Of a stretch of 64,000 nt of DNA, positions 1-13,200 are shown piece by piece. Made by a program: the position numbers and the translations under genes. This DNA is from Asterias rubens (Eukaryota), in NCBI RefSeq assembly GCF_902459465.1, contig NW_022985708.1, forward strand, positions 1-64,000, in the 5' to 3' direction. The notes under the pieces were generated by a model. That model had not been told where the DNA came from, did not search any database, and saw only the letters and a list, made by a program, of their open reading frames with translations. Numbering within the stretch: position 1 is the stretch's first letter; each line of letters begins with the position of its first letter.

Positions 1-215
1 CTGAAGAAGCCTCTGATGTTGCATGTGCAACTTTCATTCAGACTGCATCAACTACACGGATACTATCTAGCAACTGGTTGAAGGGGTACAACCTACCAGA
101 TTTTCCTCCTGCCATATGTCAAAAGCTGGAAACGGGCCAAGTGCTGAAGGAAGGGGAGAGGTCAGCTATGTTAGATGCTATTTACAGTAGCATAACAAAG
201 CACACATAGTATATA

Positions 216-250
<35 letters not shown>

Positions 251-3200
251 GGCATTTATGTAGGCACTTTTAAGCATTGTATCAAAGTGCCTACAACATT
301 ACTACCCCCTCTTCATGGGGCCTTAAGCATTCCTGAAACCATCTCAACTCCTTTAGTATGCAGCCCCACTACGACAGCCATTTCGGCGCACACGTACTTA
401 TCATTCACATCAACGATCTCTGTACCCATTTACTCCTGGTTGAAGCAATTAAAGTTAAGTGTCTTGCTCAAGGACACAAGTGTCATAACCAGGACTCGAA
501 CCCACACTCTGGTGACTCGGCCGGCCATCAGAACTTGAGTTCAAAGTATAAGGTTGATCATGCTTAATGTTTTGTTAAATCATTTGAGTACTTTCTCAAC
601 TTTGCAGAGGAATCAGTCAGGAAATTTAAATGATTCAACACCTACAATAATGCAGCACATACACCTACAAAGTGTAGTTTGGCTATACTGGGATTTGGTA
701 CATTGTGGTGTCAGGTGACCACCCCACCCCCCGAAAAAAAAAAAAAAATGTTTTACCAAAGTGCATTTAGATTATACCTCAAGAGCATCATCTCATTGTG
801 TGCAAAAAAAAGCTATTCTATAGTATTCTTAACATTGAGGGTGAAGGGAGATCAAATGCTCCCTCCTCATCTCAATCATGAGAAGACCAGTGTTCATAGA
901 AATAGCAAAATGCTCTGGACTAAATACTGTGTCGGTTCGATAGGTATTAACATATAATATTGATACATGACTAATATAGATATCACACAAATAAACTGGT
1001 TAAACAAATTCTGTTGCTTTTCATCCCATGTATGGTGGAAAATGGGCTAGTGGCCTGGACTTTTACTTTCATCTTGTAATTTTTTCTCTCAACCAGCTAT
1101 CCTACGTCTGAGCAGTACAACAAGATAACACATCTTCTTTTGGAGAAAATGCCTCATTTGGCCCGTCAGCCTAACATGACTTTAGACAATGCCCAAGTAA
1201 GTATAAGTTGATAAGTTAGATTTTTGTTTGTGACAAACGGTAAAGTAAAAATTTTTAAATTTAAGTAATTTTGCATAGGGGATAATGAATACAAATTTTC
1301 ACTATTTTTTTAGTATTAATTTATATAATACTGTTGTGTATAAAATGGATTTCAGAGTCTCTGGAAATACAGGTTGCAGTATAAATTTGCCAATTCCCGC
1401 AAGCGTGATGACCAAAACATACCATCAGTCCTGCTGCACAAGAGGAAGTCAACATCAGACAACTACTCAACCATATCCAAGAAGCAGTCTCCTCCACAGT
1501 GGGGTGACTAACTACAAGCCGTTACGCCCAAGTTCAGAAGATGACGCCTCGATCAATGCCCACATAACATGGATGAAGCAAGAAACAAAAAAAAAGAAAC
1601 CCAACCATGAGCGTGTCCAGTTGGCAATGTGTGCAACATTAGCGGATCGTCGACAACTCATTACTGGAGGCAAAGCAACCATTAAGGAGATCCAAGAAGT
1701 TTATCCATGGCTGTTCGATGAAGAAGAGGTATGCCATTACATTATTTCTGTTATTATACATTAATGGACATGAATCTCATAAACACATCAACGTAGCCAA
1801 ACTTTGTTTCACCAGCCTGCTTTGCCCTCTCTGTGTGCACGACGATCATTATTCATGATTATATTTGTTTTGGTGGCCATTGTAAACTTAAATGCTTGTT
1901 TGGCAGGCATCTCGTCTTTTTTATTTTATTTTTATTTTTAAGAAGCCCTTATTCACTCTATCAAGATGATCAAGTTTGTTTTTAAACTTGGCAACATACA
2001 TTTCAAGTGTACAGGTGACTCTTAACTTTAAGAGAAGAAGGAAACTAACCGACTTCTACTTCATTGACTTTTACTTTTCATTGAAAAAATCTCATTTGTT
2101 TAATTGGTCAGACTTAGTATGAATGACACCTAGTTAGAGCTAACACATATGGCAAAAGTGGTTTGTGTGAGGTGTACCAAAAATAGCCAAAGGAAGAGTT
2201 AGTTAGTTCACCCGTTAGGATTTGAGCAGGTGGTAGGGTGAAAGGTCACACTACCCCCAATAAAAAACCTGTAGTACATGTTTTGGTAAATTCAAATTTA
2301 TTTATTACAACTTTTGATATCAAATACACAGGCGCAAACAAGAAGAATCACAAACACTTTGCAAATACTTGAGGGCATGCAAAAAAAAAAGGCCATTGCC
2401 ATCCTAACACATGCAGATATACAGGTCAAGTAATTCATAACTTATTGACACCGACAGATACTGGTAGAATTCAATCGTCTGCGATCTGGAGAAGAGACCA
2501 TCAATCAGCTCTTTGATGCAGGTATGATGAAGTATGGCAATGCAGTCAACAGGCTTGTCAGTGGTGTCAAAAATCCAGCAGCATGTTTCAAGCAGGCCTT
2601 GGACATTATTAGTCACCAACGGAATGAAAAGAGTCGTACAGGTGTGTAACCTACAACACATGTGACCCTCAGTCCTAAAGCCTCATACCTTTATGAAGCT
2701 GCGTGTTGTTGTAATGGAGCGTAGAACTGATATTCATTTGTACAGAGCATGTTAATGACTGGCACTTTTTGTCATGGTGTGAAAACAATTTCAAGTGACC
2801 CATGGGGATGCCATTCAGCTACAAATGAAACTGAAGGAAATGCAGTTTAGCACCCACCCCCAATCCATGCGCTGTGTATTCGTTTCATTATATACAGAGC
2901 AGTTGTCAACTGGACCTCCTGTAATTAGCATAGGAAAACTGTTTCTTATATTGCAGGGTTTTATACAGTCATGTGACAAGGTGATGAAGGACCAAGCCAG
3001 AGACGAGGAAGTCCTTTAACATTCTAGAATAACATTCTTTAAATAAGTATGTTTTTTCTGCATTTTTTACAGAAGCTATCAGTATTGCTGCCATCCCTTG
3101 GCATCCCATGTACACTAAAAGAAAAAATCTGCAATATGTTGATTCTGGGTGATGAAGATGGGGTACGTAAAGGGTTGCTCACACTGCAGCCGTAACAAGA

Positions 3201-4695
3201 AACAATAACACTCAAAAGAACATGGTCTATTGGTTGAATAAGCATGCGCATATTCCACACAGTATAATTAACCAGTAGACTTAAACAATTGAGTGCCTCT
3301 CTGTTTCTTGTTTTTGTGATGCATCTCTGCTTTTTAAATAAGGAATAAAAGAGTGGTAGTGAGGTCTTAAATGACCCTTTAAGACTGGCAGGGTCATGTC
3401 CATGCAATAAAGGGCCAAGTTTGAATGGGCATGGTTTATGTCAGCATTGCGTCATTAAGGTAGGCGTGTGGCTATGAGTGCTTAACACGCGTTAGCCAAC
3501 CGGTCTTAAACAAGTCCAGCTCAGACATAAAAACACCCCCATGTGACATGCTCTCCATTGGGAATAGCGAAACTGTCTGGGATATTATGAATGAATGATC
3601 AAATCCAAAACTCTTAATTGACTTACTCATGACTTGAATTATAACTTGTATTAATTTGTCACATGTTGGGTTGAATTAACACTCAACTTCATGGACTTAA
3701 CTTGGACTCAACTCAAACGCAAGACAAAGACTTGAACTCAAGAAAGAAAGACATTGATAATTTTGAATGACTGATATACAAACTCTCAAATTCACCTTCG
3801 GTTACAATTCACTTTGGCTGAACAAACAAAGTGAAGAATACATTATTTGGACCTTGGACCACCATTTATCCTACACTATGCATGAGGCAGTCTCATTTAT
3901 ATACTCATAAACTGGTGAGGGTTTTTGAAATTGCATCTGCAACATACCAATGGCCAATTTGTATTGTTTTGAATTAATAAACTCCTCAGAGAGAGTATAT
4001 GCACTGTGATTGGTCGAAGAGTGGTCACGTTGGGGTGTATTAAAATGTGATGTAAAGACAAGTTCTGTGGAACAAGTGAAAATTCACAGTAAAGGTATTA
4101 ATTCATGGGAACAACAGTGTGAGGACCTGGTCTTCACTGGGTAGTAATGACCATGGCCGCTGTTAATGAAAATCGCTTTTGGCTTGGTCCATTAACAACA
4201 GCCAGCCACCAACCCGGTCATTACCACACAGTGAAGACCAGGTCCTCACACTGTTATTCCCTAATTAACACACTGTTATTCCCTAATTAAAAGTATTTAT
4301 TTTTTTCATATACAGGGGACAGCTTGGCCTGTCATTGAGGGTAATGACAACAGACTTGAGGACTGCACTTCATTTGACGTGATCATTGATGGGTTGGCTG
4401 TCAGCAGCTCCACTTGTCTCCTGACATCGGTGAAGTGTATTTAGCCAGCTTTTATGTTTTCAATTTGGCTTATCCCACATGCCTCAGGAAAACTTTGTCT
4501 TTTTTCCAGAAAATTGTCCTGAACATCCAAGACAATATTCCTCTCGACCGCAGTGTTATATCTTGCCTGGACAAACTGAATAGGTACATTGACTGTGACC
4601 ATTTTTCTTGGTTAAAGCAATGTGTTACTAACATAAACCAAGTAACTGCATTTGACTCAGTAGTTCCTCTTGATCAAAGCATTGTGTCTTACTAG
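1..4695 (+). pseudogene. Spliced SAMD3-like CMC accessory (ORF2/TnpA-like) gene, frameshifted
   Basis: Approximate GT-AG exons: 1-208 (YNLPDFPPAICQKL..AMLDAIYSSI), 1097-1196 (YPTSEQY), 1356-1728 (SLWKYRLQYKFANSRKR..HITWMKQE..YPWLFDEEE), 2458-2641 (ILVEFNRL), ~3075-3162 and ~4315-4695 (LASFYVFNLAYP..LSFFQK). The frame must shift near 1500 and near 4435. Confidence 0.7.
217..545 (-). mobile_element. tRNA-derived SINE in intron, with (ATT)n tail
   Basis: Minus strand reads GTGTGGGTTCGAGTCC (B-box) then TGTGTCCTTGAGCAAGACACTTAAC. The plus-strand (AAT)n run at ~217-248 corresponds to a 3' (ATT)n tail. Confidence 0.55.
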
Positions 4696-4985
4696 ATAAA
4701 CAAGTTACATGTACATATACTGCATTTGACTCAGTATGTTCCCCTCGATCAGATCATTGTGTGTTTATACTAAAGTAAACCAAGTTAAGCTGCATTTGAC
4801 TCATCAGTATTTTTCCTCTTGATAAACGCATTATGTCTTACTATGAACAAGTTTTACTGCATTTGACTTAGTATGTTCCTCTCAAAGTATTGTGTCTTAC
4901 TAAAATAAACCAAGTTAAACTGCATTTCACTTAATTAGCATGTTCCTCTTGATCAAAGCATTATGTCTTGTTAAGATAAACTGAA
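4646..4985 (+). repeat. About 5 degenerate 63-74 bp tandem repeats (CTGCATTTGACT..CCTCTTGATCAAAGCATT..) in the E1 3' region
   Basis: Unit starts at ~4646, 4720, 4790, 4857 and 4920. Confidence 0.8.
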
Positions 4986-7238
4986 TATTCTTCTTAAAGG
5001 TACATTACAGGATTGATAAGGATCACTCAAATACTTTAATTGTTGAATTTCTGTTTGAAAGCTTAATGGTTATGAAGTTAGTACTAGGACTGTGAAATGT
5101 TTCCCCCTGAAATAAGGGCATATTCGAAAAAACTACCTGATAATCTAAAAACAAACAACATCTGATTTTGTTTGTTAACAACCCAAATTGACCATATGTG
5201 TACAAAATAACCATTGTTCATTGATTTCTCTATAACATTAATAACGATTTTGATACAAATCACAAGTTTGTTTTAAGATGTAATTGAATTGAATGCATCC
5301 AACCAAAAGCCAATCCTGTATCGTACCTTTACCCTAAGAATTAATCTTACTTGTGACAATTCACTTCAAATAGTTTTGACAGGGTGCCTTTGGAATAGTG
5401 AATGGGCCTCTGGCAAAATATTGACTTGACAGTTGTTGTATTATTCCAGTGTTCGTTGGAAGTTTTCTTCTTAAATAGGGAGGGGGGGTAACCTGAAACA
5501 TAGGAAAGTAAATAGTTTTCCTTGAATATTGTTGTGAACAGAGGCATTATATCCATGTTTTTACAACACGTGTGATTCAGGATGTCATTATCTCTTATAG
5601 CCATTTGATAATCTCAGTTTGAACATCATAATTCTTACATCATTGGGCATCATTTGTGTTAAGAAAAAAATGCATTTTGAATAGACTGAAATGTTTGCAT
5701 AAAAGATGTAGGGATGTAAATTTAAATTAGTGTCAATGGAGCTTTTTCTCAAAAAGTAGCAGTTGTACCTGGCAACGGTGACCCCCAGTTAAAAACAATG
5801 ATGTTCTTGATTATAACAACCCCAGATCTGCCAAATGTAATGTCATTGGACAAAAATATAATGACAAATATGGAGAAAATATATACAGTCATAAACATTG
5901 GGCAAAAACCCTCTGTTGGTACTTTTTTTTTTAAATGTCATCTTGTATATTTGAAGGAATTTTTAGCAGATAAATAAAATTGAAGGGAAACTGTAGGGGT
6001 TCAAGAACCCTCTTTTGAGAAAGTAAAGGGTAAATGAGTGTGCTAATTTTAAACAAGCAGTTTTATCACATTATTTATTTATAAATTGTGTGGAGTTCAA
6101 TGAACTTTGAGTCACCATTGTATTAGTTATGCCTTGTTGAGATTAAATTTGAATTAAAGAATTTTCAGAATGTATAAAGTTGTCGAAGTATACTTTCTAG
6201 TAAGATTTTAATTTATAATCCATCTTAAATTCTAAATGGTTTCTTTCATGGAAAACAGTTTAGAAAATGATTTTGTTTTTGGATGAACAATTTTCCATTT
6301 TTTGTTTGATGATGCAACAATACACAATGTCCAGGTACATCAAAAGAACGTGGGAAGACATTCCTGACTGATGCCAACTAGTCAAGATTTAAATTGTTGC
6401 TTTGACTAATGCCATTAGTCAAATCAACGAACGACCTAAAGTGAAGTACTGGACCAAGATTAAAAGTCGCTGGACTAATCTAAAAAGTCGCTGGACTAAG
6501 CCAAAATGTTGATGGACTAAACATTAGTCGTATGAGACATCTTTTTAGTCAAGTCACTGGACTAATGTAAACTAGTCACATTTCTGACTAAATCCTTAGT
6601 CATGCTCAGACTTTTGACTACTTAAAATTAGTCGGGTCAGACATGACGCTGGACTATTTTTTTTTAGTCAAATTGACTAATTAATTTTTAGAGTGTATCG
6701 AAGCGTTTCGGAGACCAAAAATGTTAGACCCCTATGGCTAGGGCTCACGGGGAGTCTTATATAGTTTCTAACTGACCAGTAAATCATGTGTCAGGTTGTA
6801 CGTTTACTTCCCCTCATAGTCATTACACAGTAATCTATCCAGCTGTGTTCAATAGATTACTGTGTATATATGGGGAAGTCAACCTGATACATGATTTATT
6901 GGTCATCCTTAAATCAGCACACTGTGGAATACTCCTTGAATTAAACAACACTACACCCAGTCACTCAAGCCTTGGCTGTTTTCAGCAATACAGCACAGTG
7001 GCGTTTATGCCTGAACTTATTGATCCTGCCGAGTTACAAAGTAGAAGTAGAAGTAGAAACCTGATTTACTAATTACGATTACTACCATCAAACAACACTG
7101 ATTAAACCAATAAAATAACTCATTATGACTCATAATGACTGCGACAGGTAGTTTTGTGTACTTACGAATAAGTAGTTTGCTGTAATTGCTTGTTATTTCT
7201 ATTTTTAAATTGTATTCACATACTTTACCATCCATTAG

Positions 7239-10200
7239 CTTCTGTTGAGGAAATGCAAGCCAAGAAGAACGCTTCCAGGGTCAGAGTACCAAAAGTGCTA
7301 GATACCAGCGTTGAGGAGAGCTCATCAGAAGATGAGCAAGTCACACGAAAAGAAACTGCCAAGGGACGTGTAAGTTGCATTTAATTATAAAACAAATTAT
7401 GTAGTTTGTGAGCAACACCTTAGGCTTAACTGTGGTAACCATACTACCAACTACATTGAATGATTACATACAATACAAAAATGCCAAATTTTAGTTGCGA
7501 TAATCAGAACCCTCCATCCCCCGATGGTTGCAGACTGGAGGGTTGCAAGACAATCCTATGTACTACTAGTAGCAAATCACTGATGTGATACTTTATTATT
7601 AGCCGTGTTCGCATTGGACTTATTTTGGGTAAACTAACCGATCAAATGGGCAACTTAACCATTTTAAGTCCATTGCGAGCAGCCCAGGAAGTTGTCCTCC
7701 CTTGTAACTTACCTGACCCGACTGGGTAGTTTAACCACTTCTGCCCGGTTAAATTGACCAGGTTAGTTTAACCGAGCCGAAAGGTCCAGTGCAAGCGAGA
7801 TCTTGAACACGGCTTAAGACTGTTTTGTCAGACTTTTACCACATTTACCACTTTCAAAAATCATGACACACATTCTAAGAACTTTAGGATTTTATCTTTA
7901 ATGTGTAATGAATCAATTTAGAACACTTAAACTAAAAACATCATCAATAAGATTTTAAGAAAACAAATTAATAATAGAAATACATTGTCGTTTCACTTAT
8001 AATCGGTTCCCTTGATTTAATTGCTAACCTTTCTGACGATATGCTTTCTAATTAAGTGGAATGCAGTATGCACCCACCCCTTATGTTATGCAAATGGTCA
8101 TCAGGGTCGACATGACACTGCTTGCACAGAAAGCTTTTGGTTACCACCATTTATAATGTCAAGCTTTGTTTACATTTAATTTAAATTGTAGAAAGAGCAA
8201 AAACGGGACCAAATAGCTTCTAGGCAAAAGAGCTTAAAGTCCATAATATCGGAGAATATTGCCAAAAAGAAGGCGTCGCCCCTCTTCCCTTCAGAAGATC
8301 AGCCAATGACCACTTGTGAACACAGTGATTGTGTCTCGAAGTTGCAGAGATCAAAAAGAAAGCACAAGGAGGTACACGCCAAGAACAGCGAGCTGGAGCA
8401 GGAAAATAAGAAACTCAAGACATCAGTTCTTGAGTTGCAAAACTTAAATAAAGACCTCCAACAACAGCTATTAAAGACTCTGAGTGAAAAAACACAAGGT
8501 AAGCTATGGGAAGATCAAAATCAAAAGTTTCTACATCTTTTGGGCAGCAGAATTAAAGGTACGGTGGACTATCCATGATGACTTGACTATAATTAGATTC
8601 ATTTGAAACTATAGGATTGAAGCCGGAGGCATTTTACAATTAGTATAAAACCCATGACATTTTTTTGCTTGTTCTGTTTGGTCATTTATAAGAAAATAAC
8701 AAAATGCTTTCTCTGCCCTGAGCCCCTATAGGTAATTTTTGGGCATTGTATTGAGAAACAAAATCAGCTCACTATCGCTGTGTTTTTGAAAAGTACATGA
8801 CATCAGAAATTCATTTTTTTTTAGTTACCATCTCTCAATTAAGTTCTGACATTCTGATTAATAAGGCCTTTTTTTTCAAGATGGCAAAAATCTTTACCAC
8901 CTGATTTAATATGAAAAAGGTAAAGGTTTCACTCAATTCAATGTTTTCCCGATGTGGATTTTATTATAAATTAATTATTTTTTAACCACAACATTCCCGT
9001 TCCACAAAGAGCTGACATGCTAAAATCCTTGACTCGAAATATTAATGAATTCCATTTTCACCATACCCAGAAGACAACATGCAATTTTTTTATGCTGGAA
9101 AAGTTATGTACCCTGTTTTGGAAATATTGTTTCAGTCGTGTCTAAAAATCCACCAGCAAAACAACGATCCGAGGAGCTGGTTGTTTCTACTGAAGATAGT
9201 GAAGCTAGTATCTCACAAGCCTCCAATTATGTTGAAGAGGATGGAATGGTAAGAAGTTTTTTGTTGTTTTAAGTGCATGTTTAAAAGAAAATTTAAAGGG
9301 AAGTCTACCCTTACTAAAGTCTTCGCTAATTCAAACTTAACATTAAATTACAGAATACAAAACATAGTACATATACCTGAGCAGGTAATTCAATGCACCA
9401 CGATTTTGATGTCAAATTTTCTTAGAGTGAAGGAGACTGCCAGTTGTATACATGTAAATGTATAGTGCATATGTGTACATAAATTGTGGTTTTTACTCAC
9501 AGATTTCAATTGGTGCTGGGATCAGCTTGACATCTATCCAGTGGGATGCACTGCAATGCCAGAAAAAGCATTCACTCTTCGTCAAAGGTCTGGCTGTGGC
9601 AGTTTGGGGGACTGGCAATTTGAAAGACAGGTCGGTTGAGGGAAAAGTGTGTCCCCGATACAAATCAACACGCGAAGCCAGGGCTCCCTTAAGTCCCCAG
9701 AAGGTCAAGGCTATGAAAGGTATGTGTATCCAATTTCACTGGTTTAGAGTTGAACACAAATTCATAAACAATTACTGCAGTTTCAGACAGACAAACCTAA
9801 AGATGAATTACCCGATCTTCTGAATGAGAAGATGGAAAGAAGAACAACAAAACGTATAGCCTTGATTCAAGTCTGTTGGCGTAGTGTACCCCGGCCCGGT
9901 GCGGCACGATTTAGCAACAACTGCAGTGCATACACTGTAAAAAGTGGCCGCACTTCATGCACTTGTAGGTGCATGGGAATTGGTACAAGCTGCACATGAA
10001 GTGTGCATGTAGTTGCATATTGACACCTGAGAAGCTTGATGCGATGTGAAATAGCTGAAGAACAACACCTTATGTGCTTGATGAAGCAGTGATGTACCTG
10101 AAGTGATAGCTAATACAGATTTTGACTATACTTAAGGCACTTGAGGTACTTAGGATTAGCGTATGTGTGTCATTTCATACCTCACGTGTATTAAAACTCT

Positions 10201-13200
10201 CACCTCAGCCAACGGCCTTCAGCTGAGCAGCTTCTTGGCACACCTGAAGCACATCATGTATTTAACACACCAAAACGTGTACTACCTCAGGCGCCAAGGT
10301 AGCACCTGGTGCACTATGAATACCGCGCTTATTAAAATACACTACAAAGTGAAGTACCCCAGGCGACGAGGTAGCACCTGATGTACTATATGAATACCCT
10401 ACTTACACAAATAGACAAGAAGTGAAGTACCTTAGGCGCCAAGGTAGCACCTGATGCACTATGAATACCGCGCTTATATAAAATACATAAATAATTGAAG
10501 TACCTCAGGCGCCAAGATAGCACCTCGTGCACTATAAACACCGCACTTGTAAAAATACACCAATAATTAAAGTGCCTTAGGCGCCAAGGTAGCACATGAT
10601 GTACTATGAACACCGCGCTTATAAAAATACACCACAAGGTGAAGTACCTTAGGCAACAAGGTAGCACCTGATGCACTATGAATACCACGCTTATAAAAAT
10701 ATACCACAAAGGGAAGTACCTCAGGCGACGGTAGCACATGATGCACTACGCCTAAAAAAACCACACACATCAGAATTGAAGTATTGCAGGTGCCAATTGG
10801 TAGCACCTGATTCACTATGAATACCTCGCTTATAAAACAACACAACCATAAAGTATTTCAGGTAACAAGGTATAGCACTGATGTATTATGAATAGGCCTA
10901 CCTCGATTATAAAGAAGTGAAGTAGGCCTATACCTTGGGTACCAATATAAGTACCTGATGTAGCCTACTATGGTTGCATCAGGTGGCAAGGATAGCACCT
11001 GATGTATTGAGTCATGGGAGTATAAAAAGGATTTGTGTGTGCATGGGCGGGCCGGGCAAGGGGATCAGGGCTGGTGGTCATGATTCCTTCACGAACTTCA
11101 TGCCGTCAGAAATCTAGAGCCCGCGTATACCAATATCACAATGTCGGCTGAAGCACCTGAAGCAATATCCCGCCCTTTTTGATCACATGACAGGGTCTTA
11201 CAATGTTGGCTGAAGCACCTGAAGCAATATCCCGCCCTTTTTGATCACATGACAGGGTCTTACAATGTTGGCTGAAGCACCTGAAGCAATATCCCGCCCT
11301 TTTTGATCACATGACAGGGTCTTACAATGTTGGCTGAAGCACCTGAAGCAATATCCCGCCCTTTTTGATCACATGACAGGGTCTTACAATGTTGGCTGAA
11401 GCACCTGAAGCAATATCCCGCCCTTTTTGATCACATGACAGGGTCTTACAATGTTGGCTGAAGCACCTGAAGCAATATCCCGCCCTTTTTGATTACCAGG
11501 GTCTTATTGGTGTATTAATTTTTACAAAGACGTTTACAATACTTTTATTTTACAATAACCAGTAGGCCTAAAATTCTATAAAATTATAGAACTACCATTT
11601 TGACTATGTGGATTATGTATAAAAATAAAGTAGTTTCTGCTGGCATGCATCACCATTTTTAAATAATGAACTATTTTAAAAACTTGATTATTTTTCCTCC
11701 TGCGCGCGCACGGCACACTTCACTACGCGGCTGTGTCGACATGTCCTAACATGTAAACGCGTTACGCGAATGCTGCGTGTGTGTGTGCGTGTGTGTGTAA
11801 CTGCCTCCAAACGTGGACCCTCACCAGAATACACACCTTCCAAACGGGGACAACACAGGAACCGTGGACGTCCACGTTTTTAATTATGCAATTTTCGTGA
11901 AATATTCAGTCATCTGAGGGCGCTCTATAGATTTTAAGCTTATCAGGCAGTTGTCCACGTTTGGATAGTACAAACTGGAATTCGGTGTGTGTTCATACCC
12001 CCTAATTCCTTGTCGTATGACAAATTTGTATATTAATGCTTGCGCGCGATTCAGGTGCCCCCTCAAGCGGTGGATCTTTGACAATCACTGGGCGCTATGG
12101 AAACAGTGCGCGCCAAACGCCTGCCTGCATTTTATGATGTCCTCGCTTCATCGAGTAAATTTCTGGTGCAAGACAGCGACGTATAAATGACATATTTTTG
12201 TACATTTACCAGGTATTTAAACATTCATGTTCGTTTTAATTTTACTGTTAACCCTTTTATATTATCTATTTTGTCCACCAAGGTTGTGGTTTACATGCAT
12301 GGCAAGAAAATACGACTAATTAAAGAAGTAAAAATTCCCCCACATTGCATATGAAGAGTATGTTTTTTTTTTTTATACTGTATGTACTAGTACGTCCACT
12401 TACTTTATGTACATGTACATGTACTTAGGCCTACACGTACACGTTAAAATTAAACACTAGTTAAGTTTTACTGTACTCGGAATAAGCATTACTGTTCGAT
12501 GAAAATGGCTGGCTGCATACATCTGTGTTGTAACGTCAACGATGAGAAAATCAAAGTTCTGCAGAATTACACACGAAGATTGGTTGTTGCTGTAACTGTC
12601 CTTTTTATTTTAGTGGCATTTTTGGTTGTGTTCAGTATTGTCGAAGCATTTATGTAAAGATAGTATAAATTAATTTGAACTCGGTGCCACTACATTACAC
12701 TAGTGACTAGGACAACATCAATCAGTGCTAGGCAGTTACAATCAAACATAATTTACAAGCATGCCATAGGAGTTCAGCCTACTTTTCTACATTTAAGGAG
12801 ACCTGGTCATCATCTGATCCTCCACTCTCAAATGGTAGGCCCTATGGAAATATAATTTATGTTTTTCTTCATTCATGAACAAAAGTAACTTTGTCAGTTT
12901 CTCATATTCCAGATTTCTAATTTATTTAAAGGACTAGTATTGTTGTTCACTATTAACTAATTGATGGGGGTTATTAAGTAGCTAATGTATTCTTAGCTCA
13001 TGTCATGGTCATGTCAAATGGAGGATCAAGGGTTTTGCAACTAGGGCTTAGCCTTAGTTAGTAGTGGTGAGTTGTCTACATGTGAGTTGTCTACATGTGA
13101 CCAACATAAGTTATGTTGGTCACATGTACATGTAGACAACTCACATGTAGTATCTCACCACTACTTACTATTCCTCACATTCTATGTCAATGTCAAGTAG

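Larger units (their letters stand above)
1..6695 (+). mobile_element. 3' half of a CACTA/EnSpm-type (CMC) DNA transposon (element E1); left end outside window
   Basis: Ends in TTTTTAGAGTG at 6695 (reverse complement CACTCTAAAAA), followed by TA. Dense GACTAA/TTAGTC subterminal motifs in both orientations at ~6370-6680. Contains an SAMD3-like accessory gene. Confidence 0.75.

Noticed and set aside
2234-2677. Possible small TAG..CTA element and the minus-strand ORF 2404-2661
   Set aside because: Inverted similarity is weak and there is no TSD. The + strand is an exon (ILVEFNRL..) of the E1 accessory gene.
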